DNA of 64,000 nt from Eledone cirrhosa (taxonomy: Eukaryota): positions 33,604,001 through 33,668,000 of the forward strand of contig OZ024754.1 of assembly GCA_964016885.1 (NCBI GenBank). The letters run 5' to 3'. Positions 63,933 through 64,000 of this stretch are shown here, one piece after another. Position numbers and translations under genes: made by a program. Each line of letters starts with the position of its first letter. Positions within the stretch are counted from its first letter, which is position 1. A model generated the notes under the pieces. The model was not told the origin of the DNA, made no database searches, and saw only the letters and a program-made list of their open reading frames with translations.

Positions 63933-64000
63933 CGTCCTGATCAAACCAGTTCAGTTCGAAATGCATCAACGATTGTCCGTTGCTTCTGCTGGATGCAGTC

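Overview
Repeat-dominated eukaryotic DNA, most likely from an octopod cephalopod (inferred from the SINE/LINE repertoire and the extreme (TA)n, (CA)n and (CAT)n load; not verified). Nearly all ORFs in the supplied track are microsatellite artefacts. The only host coding sequence I can support is a first coding exon of a copine (CPNE5/8/9-like; MAAGMAPFNPGTSVVPSTQVEISVSCR) at 42456-42535 (+), with a TATA+Inr-like core promoter just upstream. The rest is tRNA-headed SINEs (three types), RTE, R4/Dong-like and Tx1/L1-like LINE fragments, hAT, mariner and piggyBac-type MITEs, minisatellites and one 200-N gap. The most notable unexplained signal is a dense set of short non-coding elements, mostly lodged in (TA)n tracts and often folded back as long palindromes. 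They carry minimal type I hammerhead ribozyme motifs (stem I-CUGANGA-stem II-GAAA-short stem III with a usually palindromic loop-NUH-stem I). I count at least 7 sequence families and about a dozen intact-looking motifs, with compensatory stem I changes between copies, resembling non-autonomous Penelope-like elements or retrozymes. Also notable are a Tx1-like family found only in (GATA)n tracts, a SINE/RTE pair sharing a 3' tail, and a SINE whose head is tandemly amplified about 10 times.
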